The notes under the pieces were generated by a model. That model worked only from the letters and a program-made list of their open reading frames with translations. It was not told where the DNA came from and did not search any database. The position numbers and the translations under genes are program-made. 64,000 nt of DNA, taken from positions 542,350-606,349 of the forward strand of contig CAVSGI010000008.1 in the NCBI GenBank assembly GCA_963727445.1, given 5' to 3'. This document shows, in pieces, positions 1 to 9,958 of this stretch (its first letter is position 1; every line of letters starts with the position of its first letter). Source of the DNA: an uncultured delta proteobacterium. Its GTDB lineage: Bacteria > Myxococcota_A > Polyangia > Polyangiales > B10-G4.

Positions 1-62
1 TCAACATCGACAACGGCTTCGGCGGCGCGTATGCCGCCAGCCTGATCGTCCGCGGCCGCTAG
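1..62 (+). CDS. larB: C-terminal end of nickel pincer cofactor biosynthesis protein LarB (partial)
   Basis: Frame starting at nt 3 reads NIDNGFGGAYAASLIVRGR*; NIDNGFG is the LarB C-terminal signature; larC lies 1.4 kb downstream. Confidence 0.8.
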   Translation, partial: NIDNGFGGAYAASLIVRGR

Positions 63-1369
63 CACGCCCGCTCCACGAGCTCGAAGAGGTTCGGCCCTTC
101 GAGCTGCTCGAAGCGATACCTCACGCGCGCGATGGGGAACGGAACCTCGAAGAGTCGCTCGAGGCTCGCCGGGCTCGCGTCCACCACGGCGTCGGGAGCG
201 CACCGGACGATGGTCTCGCGCAGCTCTTCACGCTGCGATTCCGAGTAGCCGAGCGCAGGCAGCACGCGGTGCATGTGCGGATAGGCGGCGAAGGTGCTCG
301 CGATGCTACCCACGGCGTGGGGCCGCGGATCGATGAGCTCCTTCGCGCCGTGACGCATCGCCGCGACCGTTCCGGCACCGTAGCTCATGCCCCCGTGAGT
401 GAGCGTGGGCCCGTCCTCGACCACCAGGACCCGCTTTCCTTCGACGAGCGCCGGTTGGTCGAGCTCGACCAGCAGGTCCGAGACCACGATCTCGGCGGAC
501 GGGCAGAGCGCACGCGCGTTTCGCCGAATCGTCTCCACCGCACCCTTCGCGGCACCGCCGACCTTGTTGATCACCACCACGTCGGCGGCGCGAAAACCGG
601 TCTCGCCCGGGTAGTAGGCGACCTCGTGACCGGGCCGCAGGGCGTCAGCGACCACGATCGAGAGGTCGGGGCGGAAGAAGCAGGTGTCGTTGTTTCCCCC
701 GTCCCACAGGATCACGTCGCTCTCGGCTTCGGCCGCCTCGAGGATCTTGGCGTAGTCCACGCCCGCGAAGATGGTGAGCCCGCGCTCGACGTAGGGCTCG
801 TACTCCTCCCGCTCCTCGATGGAGCACTCCGCCGCATCGAGGTCGTCGAGGGTCGCGAAGCGCTGCACGCTCTGACGGCGGAGATCGCCGTAAGGCATGG
901 GATGACGGATGACGCCCACCCGCATCGAACGGGCGTGGAGGTGCGCCGCAAGCGCCTGGGTGATCGGGCTCTTGCCGGCCCCCGTTCGAACGGCGGTGAC
1001 CGAGACCACCGGCCGGTGCGCGCGCAGCTGCGTGTGCTTCGGTCCCAACAGGACGAAGGACGCGCCGGCTGCCTGCACCAGGCTCGCCTTGTGCATCACC
1101 TCTTCGTGCGGAAGGTCGCTGTAGCTCAGGAACACGAAGTCGACGTCGTACTTGCGGATCAAGCCCGCGAGCTCACGCTCGTGACGGATGGGGATGTCGT
1201 CGTCGTAGTGGGACCCCGCCAGCTCGCGGGGGAACTTCCGCTCGTCGATGAAGGGGATCTGATCGGCGGTGAAGCAGCAGACGCGGAAGGTGGGGTGGGC
1301 GACGAGGAAGGTTTGAAAGTCGTGAAAGTCACGACCAGCCGCGCCCATCACGATGCAGTTGAATGTCAT
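59..1369 (-). CDS. Cyclic 2,3-diphosphoglycerate synthetase-family P-loop ligase (COG2403 'GTPase'; arginine synthetase ArcE-like)
   Basis: MGAAGRDFH N-terminus, P-loop AVRTGAGKS, RHPMPYG, IEEREEYE, WDGGNND, VEDGPTLTHGGM. Confidence 0.8.
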   Translation of the reverse strand: MTFNCIVMGAAGRDFHDFQTFLVAHPTFRVCCFTADQIPFIDERKFPRELAGSHYDDDIPIRHERELAGLIRKYDVDFVFLSYSDLPHEEVMHKASLVQAAGASFVLLGPKHTQLRAHRPVVSVTAVRTGAGKSPITQALAAHLHARSMRVGVIRHPMPYGDLRRQSVQRFATLDDLDAAECSIEEREEYEPYVERGLTIFAGVDYAKILEAAEAESDVILWDGGNNDTCFFRPDLSIVVADALRPGHEVAYYPGETGFRAADVVVINKVGGAAKGAVETIRRNARALCPSAEIVVSDLLVELDQPALVEGKRVLVVEDGPTLTHGGMSYGAGTVAAMRHGAKELIDPRPHAVGSIASTFAAYPHMHRVLPALGYSESQREELRETIVRCAPDAVVDASPASLERLFEVPFPIARVRYRFEQLEGPNLFELVERAC

Positions 1370-1488
1370 CGGGTACGTTTCCGGCGGAGCGGTTTTGGTC
1401 CGCTGCCGTCGATGGCCATGTACGCACGAGAGCCTGCTTGGAAAGGGAGCGCTGGCGACGCCGACCCGGAGGGCATAGGCTCCGCCGG

Positions 1489-2790
1489 ATGAGCGGAGAG
1501 GAGCACGAGGACGGGCACGGGCACGGGCATGGGCACGGGCATGGGCACGGGCCTGCAGCGATGAGCCCGCTGCCCGACGCGGCGCTCGTCGGCGACCTCT
1601 CGGCCAACGCCGGCGCGGGTCACATCCTCTTCCTCGACGCCCAGAGCGGGCTCGCCGGCGACATGCTCGTCGCCGCGCTCCTCGATCTCGGCGTCCCCAT
1701 GCGCGTCGTCGACTCGGCGCTGGCCGCGCTTCCCCTCGAGGGCTACCGGATCACCACGCCCCGCGTCTCCCGTTCCGGCATCGCCGCCCGGCGATTCGTG
1801 GTGGAGGTCGAGGAAGGTCAGCCACAGCGGAGCTACGCCGCGATCCGCGAGATGCTCGCCGAGGCCGAGCTCCCCGAAGGCACCAAGCTGGCGGCATCGA
1901 CGGCGTTCCGTCGTCTGGCGGAGGCCGAAGCCGCCGTGCACGCGATGCCGCTCGAGCAGGTCCACTTCCACGAGGTCGGCGCCGTCGACTCCATCGTGGA
2001 CATCGTGGCGGTCAGCGCCGCGCTCGCCCACCTCGGCGCCGAGATCGTCTGCTCCCCCCTCCCCCTCGGGCGGGGGAGGGTGATCGCGCAGCACGGCCCT
2101 CTCCCGGTCCCCGCGCCCGCCACCCTCTTGTGCCTTCGCGGCGTCCCCACCACCGACGCCGGGCTGGACGTCGAGCTGGTCACGCCCACGGGCGCGTGTC
2201 TGGTCGGGGCCCTGGCGAGCCGCTTCACCCGATGGCCGGACATGGTCCCCAAGCGGATCGGCTGGGGCTCGGGCACGCGGGATCTCCCCGATCGCCCGAA
2301 CCTCCTCCGGGTCGTGCTGGGCACGCCATCTGCCGAGAGCCGGCCAGAGACCGACAGCTCCGCGGGCTTCGCGCTCCTCGAGACCAACGTCGACGACGTC
2401 TCGGCGGAGACCATGGCCTACGCGCTGAGCCGGGCCCTGGCCGCCGGCGCCCTCGACGCCTGGTCGAGCGCGATCGGAATGAAGAAGGGCCGGCCAGCCA
2501 CGATGCTCAGCGTGCTCGTGCGCTCGCCGCAGATCGACGAGCTCGGCCGGCTCTTGATGGCGGAGACGGGTACGCTCGGCGTCCGCGTTCGGGCCTGCGA
2601 ACGGATCGAACGACCGCGGCGCATCGAGGAGGTGGAGACGCCTTATGGCGTGATCCCCATCAAGATCGCGGAGGGAGATGGTCTACCGCGCCACGCCGCG
2701 CCCGAGTTCGAGGCATGCAGAGCGGCGGCCGAGGCGCATGGTGTCGCCCTCAAGCGGGTGTACGAGGCCGCCCTCGCTGCGCTGAATTGA
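1489..2790 (+). CDS. larC: Nickel insertion protein LarC
   Basis: SGLAGDML, HFHEVGAVDSIVD, ELVTPTGA, ETNVDD, MKKGRP, ETGTLGVR, PEFE motifs; N-terminal (HG)n; start set at ATG 1489. Confidence 0.92.
   Translation: MSGEEHEDGHGHGHGHGHGHGPAAMSPLPDAALVGDLSANAGAGHILFLDAQSGLAGDMLVAALLDLGVPMRVVDSALAALPLEGYRITTPRVSRSGIAARRFVVEVEEGQPQRSYAAIREMLAEAELPEGTKLAASTAFRRLAEAEAAVHAMPLEQVHFHEVGAVDSIVDIVAVSAALAHLGAEIVCSPLPLGRGRVIAQHGPLPVPAPATLLCLRGVPTTDAGLDVELVTPTGACLVGALASRFTRWPDMVPKRIGWGSGTRDLPDRPNLLRVVLGTPSAESRPETDSSAGFALLETNVDDVSAETMAYALSRALAAGALDAWSSAIGMKKGRPATMLSVLVRSPQIDELGRLLMAETGTLGVRVRACERIERPRRIEEVETPYGVIPIKIAEGDGLPRHAAPEFEACRAAAEAHGVALKRVYEAALAALN
1504..1551 (+). repeat. His-Gly coding repeat (CACGGG/CATGGG)n at LarC N-terminus
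   Basis: Encodes HEDGHGHGHGHGHGHG. Confidence 0.85.
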
Positions 2791-2819
2791 GTGGTATCGT
2801 GGGGCTCGGAGGCAGGGTG

Positions 2820-4779
2820 ATGAAGCTCCAAGAGTGGCTCGCGATGGGTGTGGCGTGCATCGCCCTCGCTTCGGGATGTGGCGATGACGGGTCGGGCGGC
2901 GGGGATTCCGGGACCGACGCGATGGCGCCCCCCGGCACCGAGCCCAGCGCCCGTTGCATCGCCCCGATCGATGCGCTCATGGGGCAGGACCCCAGCGCCG
3001 CCGTTTCGGTGAGCGCACAGATCGACGCACCGAACGGCATCGCCTCGGTGACCATCGGCGGCGAGTCCGTCACCCCCGACGCCAGTGGCGTCGCCAGCCG
3101 CGACGTGACCCCCACCTGGGGCGTCAACAACGTGTCGATCGAGGTGACCGACACCTACGGGCAGGTCGGCTACGGCCTGTGCAGCTTCCTGGTCTCGAAC
3201 GACTGGCTCGCTGACGGCGATTGGCTCGACCGAAGCGTCTCCACCCGCCTGACCCCGACCGCCATCGACGACGGCGACCCCGACGACGGCCTCGACAGCC
3301 TCAACGATCTGCTGCGCACGGTCCTGGCGGAAGGCCTGCTCGCGAGCGCCCTCGACATGCAGCTCTCGCGACCCGACGTCGACATCAAGGCCTGTCCATC
3401 CAGCTGTGACGCGGTCGTGCCTTTCACGATGGACTGCGTGACCACTCAGCTGGAGTACATCCCCGCGGCGATGGGCGGCGGCGTGACCGCGACGGGCGTC
3501 GCGACGAGCACCGTCACCGCCCACGACGGCTACATTCAGTTTCGCGGAACCGCCCCCGAGATCGACATCCCCGTCCACCTCACCAGCTGCTCCGATTCGG
3601 ACGTCGCTCTGGACGAGGTCGGCACGATCACCATCGCCGACGTCACCATCGACCTGAACGTCACGTTGGAGCTCGACGACACGACCGGCGACCTGGTCGC
3701 CCGTCCGATGATGGTCAACGAGGTCGTCGTCGGCGCGGTCACAGCCGACTTCCCCGACACCGACCCCACCCTCGCCTCCATCATCGAAACGGCCATCGCC
3801 GGCTCGGTCGCCCGCGACGACGGTATGGCGCTGCGCGACTCGATCGGGAGCTACCTGATGAACGAGGTGGTCTACATCCTCGACGCTCTGCTCGCGACCT
3901 TCGACGTGCGCACCCTCGGCGCCACCTTCGACATCCCTTCGTTGAACGGCTCGACCACCACCAGCTTCGACTTCGCTTCCCGCTACGTGTCGGTCGACGT
4001 GCTCGAGACGGGCATCGTCTTCGGTCTCGGCACGCGCCACGAGCCCGTCGGCGTCTCCGCGCCCACCGGTGATCTCGGCGCGCCCATGACGCCCACCCCG
4101 GTCTGGGCTGCCTCGGACACCGCCGAGGGCATCGGCAACCTCGTCACCGACAAGGTGGCCAACCTCGTGCTCCACGCCAACTACGCGGCGGGGGGCATGA
4201 ACGGGATCGTCGGCCCCGCCATGATCGTCGGCCCCGCCATGATCGTCGGCCCCGCCATGATCGTCGGTCCCGCCATGATCGTCGGCCCCGCCATGATCGT
4301 CGGTCCCGCCATGATCGATCTGAACGTGGCCATGCCCCCCACCGCGCACGGCGTCGGCGACGGGCAGCTCGACCTGAGCTGGGGTGGCGTCGAGCTCTCC
4401 CTCGACGGCGAGGGGCCTTTCGCCGGACTCGCCGTCCGCATGGGCGCGACGGTCCGCGCCACCGTCGATTCGGCCAGCAGCGAGCATCCCGGCTTCGACG
4501 ACATCGCGGTCACCGACCTGGCGTTCACCACCGATCGCCCGCTCTCCGAGGCCGAGCGCCAAGAGGTCGGCCAGTGGCTGGTGGTCTTCGCCTGGTGGAT
4601 GTCGAGTCAGTCGTTGAACGAGGGCGGTCCGACGCTCCCCATCCCCTCCTTCGAGACCACCGAGGCGCTCGCCCCCTACGGGATTCGAGGTGGGAGTCGA
4701 GCTCGGGACGGTGAATCCCGTGATGGGCTACACCGATTCCCACGTGGAGATGGTGGGGGAGTTCGGCCGGCGGCCGTGA
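2820..4779 (+). CDS. Large secreted lipoprotein (Ig-like domain plus possible BPI/TULIP-like region), apparent frameshift near 4686
   Basis: Signal peptide and lipobox LASGC; after ~4686 the alternative frame reads EVGVELGTVNPVMGYTDSHVEMVGEFGRRP* with the stop overlapping the next GTG (GTGA). Confidence 0.7.
4206..4313 (+). repeat. 18-bp tandem repeat x6 (ATCGTCGGYCCCGCCATG) encoding (IVGPAM)6
   Basis: Read directly; units 4 and 6 carry GGT instead of GGC. Confidence 0.95.
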
Positions 4780-7700
4780 GCGACGAGGAGTCCAACACTC
4801 TCGCTGGGGGCCGCCCGCGGCCCCTCCCCGAAGCTTTCGGCCCGTATCGGGTAGAGGGGATCGTCGGCTCGGGCGGTTTCGGAACCGTCTACCGCGCGCG
4901 ACGCGAGGACCAGGTCGTGGCCCTCAAGGTGCTGGCGTCGCACTTCGCTTCGCGCGACATGCGCCGCCGCTTCGTGCGCGAAGGCAACATCCGAATCGAG
5001 CATCCCAACGTGGTGCGGGTGATCGAGGCGGGCTCGACCGAGGCGGGCGACGACTACATCGCGCTCGAGCTCCTCGAGGGCAAGCCGCTCACCGAGCGCC
5101 TCGAGCAGGCGCCGATCCGGGTGCGAGAAGCGGTGCGCATCGGGCTCGACGTCTGCGCCGGCCTCGCCGCCGCGCACGATCAGGGCATCGTCCACCGCGA
5201 CCTGAAGCCCGGCAACGTCTTCCTCTGCGACGACGGGCCGGCGAAGGTGCTCGACTTCGGTATCGCGCGCTGGCTCACGCCGACGCCGGACCAACAGCTC
5301 ACCCGCGAGGGCTCGGTCGTCGGAACGCCCGGCTACCTCTCGCCCGAGCAGGCCAAGGGCGCCATCGACGTGGACGCTCGCACCGACGTCTGGGCGCTCG
5401 GGGTCATCCTCTATCAGGCGCTCTCGGGCGTCTCGCCTTTCCTCCGCGACTCCTCGGTAGCCACCATCCTCGCGGTGGTCCTCGAGGAACCCGAGCCGTT
5501 GGCCGAGCGTGCCGAAGGCCTGCCCGACGGGCTCCCGGAGATCGTCGACCGCTGTCTGAAGAAGGATCCCGAGGACCGATGGCCCAGCGCGCGGGCGCTC
5601 GCTACGGCGCTCGCTCAGGTGGACCTCGATGCGCGTCCCACGCGGGTGCCGGGGCCGGCCGCCGGGCACAGCCTCCCGGCCGACGAGCAGCGCGTGGTGG
5701 CCTTGCTCCTCGCCTCGGGCGTGCGCGACGTGAAGACCCTCTCGGCCACGGTGGCCGAATGGGGTGGCGAGGTGATCCCGATGGTGGGCCATCGGGTGAT
5801 CGGCGTCTTCGGCGGCCGCCAGTGGGAGGGCGACGAGGCCAAACGCGCGGTGAGCGCCGCGCTCGCTGCGCGAGGGTGCGCCGACCACGTCGCGGTCGCC
5901 TCGGGGCGCGCGACCGGCGCGCGCGGAACGGTGTCGGGAGACGCCGTTCGCGCGGTCGAGCGTGCCTGCGCCGCGCGCCGCGACGGCGTAGCGGTGGACG
6001 AGGTCGCGGCGCGCAGCCTCGCCGGGGTGGAGCTCCGCGAGATCACCTCGGGGCTCTTCGAGATCCCGAAGGGCGCTCGCATCTCGGTCTCGGAGCCGCC
6101 GCTCCCCGCCGATCTCTTGCCGCTCCTCGGGCGCAACGCCGAGATGGCGCAGCTCCGCGCAGCGGTTTCGATGATGCACGAAGAAGGCCGGCCCGTGGTG
6201 GCGTGGGTCTCGGGGCCACCCGGCATCGGCAAGAGCCGCCTGCGCCAGGAGTTGGTCGCCCAGCTCCTCTCGGAGGACGAGCCGGTGCGCGTCCTCTTCG
6301 GCGCCGGCGAGTCGCACCGTCGCGAGACGAGCCTCCACCTCGTCGCGAGCGCGCTGAGGAGCGCGGCCTTCGACGGAGAGGACGGAGACCGGCCCGCGAT
6401 GCTGGAGGCGTTCTGCAACGACGCCCTCGGCGATCCGGTGTGGGGTGCGGACGCCTCGGCCGCCCTCGGCCGTCTCTTCGGACACGAGCCGAAGAGCCGT
6501 ACGTCGATCGTCCGCGCCAGCGACCCTCAGCTCCAGTCGGATCGCGTGCGGGTGGCGCTGGGCGACGTGCTCATCGGGCTGGCCTCGAAGGGGCCGATGG
6601 CGTTGGTGCTCGACGACGTTCAGTGGGCGGACTCCGAGTCCTTGGACTTCCTCGAAGAGCTCCTCGATCGGATGGAGGAGCACACCTTCCTGCTCTTGAT
6701 CTCTGCGCGTGCGGAGCTCGCGGAGGAGCATCCCGATCTCTTCGCGACCCACGACGTGATCCGCATCCAACCGCGCGGTCTGGTTCAAGCCCGCGTGGCG
6801 GAGCTCGCCACCGCGATCGCGGGCACCTCCCTGCGCGAGCGCCTGGTGCGCACGGTGACGGCCCGCAGCGGGGGCAATCCCTTCTTCGTCGAACAGATCG
6901 TGCGCGAGCTGATCGAGAAGGGCCAGCTCGACTCCGACCTCGAGGAGCTGCCGATCCCCCTCAACGTCGAGGCAGCGGTACAGTCCCGCCTCGACCATCT
7001 GCCTACGGAGGAGAAGCGCCTGCTCCAGCGCGCCTCGGTCTTCGGGCCCTCGTTCACTTCGGAAGGCCTCGCTGCGCTCGGCGTCCCCAATCCGGACGCG
7101 CTCCTCGTCGCCCTCGCGCGGCGCGGGCTCGTCTCTTCGCGGGGACGCGGCCGCGGCTCGGGCGAGTACCATTTCCGAAATGCGCTGGTCGCCGACGTCG
7201 CCTACCGGATGCTGGCACGCCACACCAGCCAGGAGCTGCACAAGCGCGCGGCGAAGTTCCTCGAGGCTGCGCCCGACGCAGACCAGGAGGTGATCGCCCA
7301 TCATCACGAGCTCGGCGCCGAGACCGAAGCCGCGGCCGAGAGCTATACCTTGGCCACCCACGCCGCCGCACGGCGTGGCGACACCCTCGGCGTCATTCGC
7401 TGCAGCGACAGGGCGCTCAGCCTCGGCGCACCCCCGAAGGCGCGTTTCGCGCTCTACATGGCGCGAGCCGACGCGCTGCAGTTCGCGGGGCGGCGCGAGG
7501 AGCAGGCGCGCGCCGTGGAGGCCGCCATCGCCCACGCCGAAGACGCCGGCCAGCGCGCCCGTGCCCTCACGGCCCGGGTCGCCCACCTCGCCGCCACAGG
7601 CGCCCACGAGAAGGGTTTGGTCGTGGCCCGCGAAGCGATCGCCGCCGCCGGTGAGAGCGGCGACGCCGATGCGCTGGCGATGGCGCTGGTGCGTTTCAGC

Positions 7701-8588
7701 TGGGCGAGCCTCTACGCGGGGCGCATCGACGACGCCGAAGAGGAGATCGCTGCCGCTGCCGACATCGAGGGCGAGCTCTCGCAGGAAGCCGCCGCGCTCA
7801 TCGCCGCGTCGAAGGGACGAATCGCCACTGCGCGCGGCGATCTCGGCGCGCGCCTCGACGCGTTCCAGCGGTCGGTGGAGCTCTGTCGCCAGGTCGGAGA
7901 CCTCCGGCGCGCCGCGCAGGAAGAGAGCAACCTCGCCGACACCTTCAACCGGCTCGGCGCCTACGAGGACGCCGAAAAGGCGCTCCGGACCGCGCTCGAC
8001 ATGACGCGCCGGGTCGGCAACAAGATCGCCGAAGCCTTCGCGATGGCAAACCTGGGTTACGCTCTCATCCGCCTCGGGCGTCAGGACGAAGCGCTGGACG
8101 CCCTCGACCACGCCGACGCGCTCGCGGCCGAGGTGGGACAGCGTTACCTGGGGATCGCGGTGCGCGTGTATCGGGCGCGGGCGCTCCTGTCGATGGGGCG
8201 CGCCGAGGAGTCGGCGCGCGAGGCCGAGCAGGCCGCGGACGAGGCGCGGCGCGCCGAAGTGCCGGCGCTCGCAGCGACCGCGCTCACCGCGGCCGCGGAT
8301 GCGTGGCTGGCGCGCGGCGACATCGACATGGCGCTCGCCCTCTCCGGCCGCGCCCTGTCTCTGCGGGACGAGCTCGGCGCGCTGGAGGAAGCGGAGGCGG
8401 AGGTATTCCTGACGCACGCGCGAGCGCTGCGCGAGAGCGGCCGACTCGACGAAGCGGACCAGGTCGCGCAGCGCGGGCGCGAGCGTCTGGACGAGCTGGC
8501 GGCGCAGATCGCGGACGAAGAGCTCCGGCGACGCTTTTTCGAGGACGTCGAAGAGAACCGCGCGCTAGCAGCGTTTTCGGCGCGATGA
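4776..8588 (+). CDS. Ser/Thr kinase + degenerate cyclase-like domain + STAND/AAA ATPase + TPR protein
   Basis: GSGGFG, VALK, HRDLKPGN, DFG, GTPGYLSPE; Walker A GPPGIGKS, Walker B LVLDD, GGNPFF; Ala-rich TPR C-terminus; GTG start at 4776. Confidence 0.88.
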   Translation: MSDEESNTLAGGRPRPLPEAFGPYRVEGIVGSGGFGTVYRARREDQVVALKVLASHFASRDMRRRFVREGNIRIEHPNVVRVIEAGSTEAGDDYIALELLEGKPLTERLEQAPIRVREAVRIGLDVCAGLAAAHDQGIVHRDLKPGNVFLCDDGPAKVLDFGIARWLTPTPDQQLTREGSVVGTPGYLSPEQAKGAIDVDARTDVWALGVILYQALSGVSPFLRDSSVATILAVVLEEPEPLAERAEGLPDGLPEIVDRCLKKDPEDRWPSARALATALAQVDLDARPTRVPGPAAGHSLPADEQRVVALLLASGVRDVKTLSATVAEWGGEVIPMVGHRVIGVFGGRQWEGDEAKRAVSAALAARGCADHVAVASGRATGARGTVSGDAVRAVERACAARRDGVAVDEVAARSLAGVELREITSGLFEIPKGARISVSEPPLPADLLPLLGRNAEMAQLRAAVSMMHEEGRPVVAWVSGPPGIGKSRLRQELVAQLLSEDEPVRVLFGAGESHRRETSLHLVASALRSAAFDGEDGDRPAMLEAFCNDALGDPVWGADASAALGRLFGHEPKSRTSIVRASDPQLQSDRVRVALGDVLIGLASKGPMALVLDDVQWADSESLDFLEELLDRMEEHTFLLLISARAELAEEHPDLFATHDVIRIQPRGLVQARVAELATAIAGTSLRERLVRTVTARSGGNPFFVEQIVRELIEKGQLDSDLEELPIPLNVEAAVQSRLDHLPTEEKRLLQRASVFGPSFTSEGLAALGVPNPDALLVALARRGLVSSRGRGRGSGEYHFRNALVADVAYRMLARHTSQELHKRAAKFLEAAPDADQEVIAHHHELGAETEAAAESYTLATHAAARRGDTLGVIRCSDRALSLGAPPKARFALYMARADALQFAGRREEQARAVEAAIAHAEDAGQRARALTARVAHLAATGAHEKGLVVAREAIAAAGESGDADALAMALVRFSWASLYAGRIDDAEEEIAAAADIEGELSQEAAALIAASKGRIATARGDLGARLDAFQRSVELCRQVGDLRRAAQEESNLADTFNRLGAYEDAEKALRTALDMTRRVGNKIAEAFAMANLGYALIRLGRQDEALDALDHADALAAEVGQRYLGIAVRVYRARALLSMGRAEESAREAEQAADEARRAEVPALAATALTAAADAWLARGDIDMALALSGRALSLRDELGALEEAEAEVFLTHARALRESGRLDEADQVAQRGRERLDELAAQIADEELRRRFFEDVEENRALAAFSAR

Positions 8589-9955
8589 GCGACGACCGCT
8601 CGAAGGAGAAGCTCCCCGGCCGATTGTCGCGCACGCTGCGGACCGCCTGGCTCGGCGGTTCGGTCGGCAGCAGCTATCTGCGGGGGCGGATCGCCGACGT
8701 CTTTCGCGATGCACGTGGCCGGGCCGAGGCCGAGTCGAAACGTCACGCCGACAACGCCCGCCGGGCGGTGGACACCCTGACTGAGCTCCGCGGACCGGTG
8801 ATGAAGGTCGGGCAGCTCCTCTCCACGCACACGCGGGTCATTCCGGGCGCCTGGTCAGACGAGCTGGTGACCCTCCAACAGAGCGCACCGCCCATGAGCT
8901 TCAGGACCATCGCGCGCGTGCTCGAGGAGGATCTCTCGGCACCGGTGGAGCGGCTCTTCCGCGAGCTCGGCGAGGAGGCGGTCGCCGCGGCGTCCCTGGG
9001 TCAGGTACATCGCGGCGTCCTGCACGACGGCACCGAGGTCGCGGTGAAGGTGCAGTACCCGGGCGCGGAGGACTCGGTCGAAGGCGACGTTCGGAACATC
9101 GAGCTCGGCGCCAGCGTGCTCAAGCGGCTGCTCGCCGACGCCCTGGGTCAGGATTGCCTCGACGTCACGCCGATGGCCGAAGAGATGGCGGAGCACCTGC
9201 GGCAGGAGACCGACTACTGTCGCGAGGCCTACAACGCCAAGCTGATCGCGCGCCTCTTCGTCGACGATCCCATGATCGTCGTGCCACGCGTCCACGACAG
9301 CCACTCGGGCCTCCGAGTGATCACCTACGACTGGCTCGAAGGCGAGGAGCTCGACGCAGGCCTGACGCACTCGGACGCGAGCATACGCGAGCGAACCGCC
9401 ACCCAGCTGCTCCACGCGTTCTGGCACCAGCTCTTCCGTGGCGGCGTCCTGCACGCCGACCCGCACCCCGGCAACTACCGCATCCTCACAGACGGTCGCC
9501 TGGGTCTGCTCGACTACGGCTGCGTGAAGATCTTCTCGGAGCACTTCATGACGCACTTCACCGAGATGGTGCTGGCGCAGATGGCGGGGGACGACGCGCG
9601 TCTAATCGCGTCGATGGTGGCCCTCGAGCTGGTGGACGACCCCGAAAACGAAGCGGAGGTCGACGACATCCGACGCCTCGCCGACTACTGCTCGATCGGC
9701 ATCGGCGAGACGGGCGACCACGACTTCGGCGAGTACAGCTACGTGGATGAGGGGCGCGCGCTCGTCGCACACTTCCTCGCGCGCCGGAGCCCTCCCCCAT
9801 CGCAACGCGACTTCCTCTTTCTGACGCGCGTGGTCCTCGGCTACTACGAATACCTGAGCCGAGCGCGGGCGAAGCTCGGCTTTCGTCAGATGGCGGAGGG
9901 CTACGTCGAAGGCGGCTTCACGGGCCGGCTCGTCGACATCCCGCCCTACGGCTGA
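8585..9955 (+). CDS. ABC1/AarF/UbiB-family atypical kinase
   Basis: MKVGQ, AAASLGQVH, VAVKVQYPG, ETDY..EA, HADPHPGN, LLDYG; ATGA overlap with upstream gene. Confidence 0.9.
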   Translation: MSDDRSKEKLPGRLSRTLRTAWLGGSVGSSYLRGRIADVFRDARGRAEAESKRHADNARRAVDTLTELRGPVMKVGQLLSTHTRVIPGAWSDELVTLQQSAPPMSFRTIARVLEEDLSAPVERLFRELGEEAVAAASLGQVHRGVLHDGTEVAVKVQYPGAEDSVEGDVRNIELGASVLKRLLADALGQDCLDVTPMAEEMAEHLRQETDYCREAYNAKLIARLFVDDPMIVVPRVHDSHSGLRVITYDWLEGEELDAGLTHSDASIRERTATQLLHAFWHQLFRGGVLHADPHPGNYRILTDGRLGLLDYGCVKIFSEHFMTHFTEMVLAQMAGDDARLIASMVALELVDDPENEAEVDDIRRLADYCSIGIGETGDHDFGEYSYVDEGRALVAHFLARRSPPPSQRDFLFLTRVVLGYYEYLSRARAKLGFRQMAEGYVEGGFTGRLVDIPPYG

Positions 9956-9958
9956 TGG

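Noticed and set aside
4206..4313. Possible CRISPR or iteron array
   Set aside because: Units are contiguous without spacers, in frame within a CDS, and no cas or rep genes are nearby
4728..8417. Long antisense ORFs (also 12109-15657, 55201-58458, 58943-60355 and others)
   Set aside because: Typical stop-poor shadows of high-GC coding strands, with no recognisable motifs
2130..8588. 2152-aa lipoprotein-kinase fusion ORF
   Set aside because: Produced by a frameshift near 4686. The alternative frame gives a natural lipoprotein end overlapping the kinase GTG, and no TM separates the exported and cytoplasmic parts.
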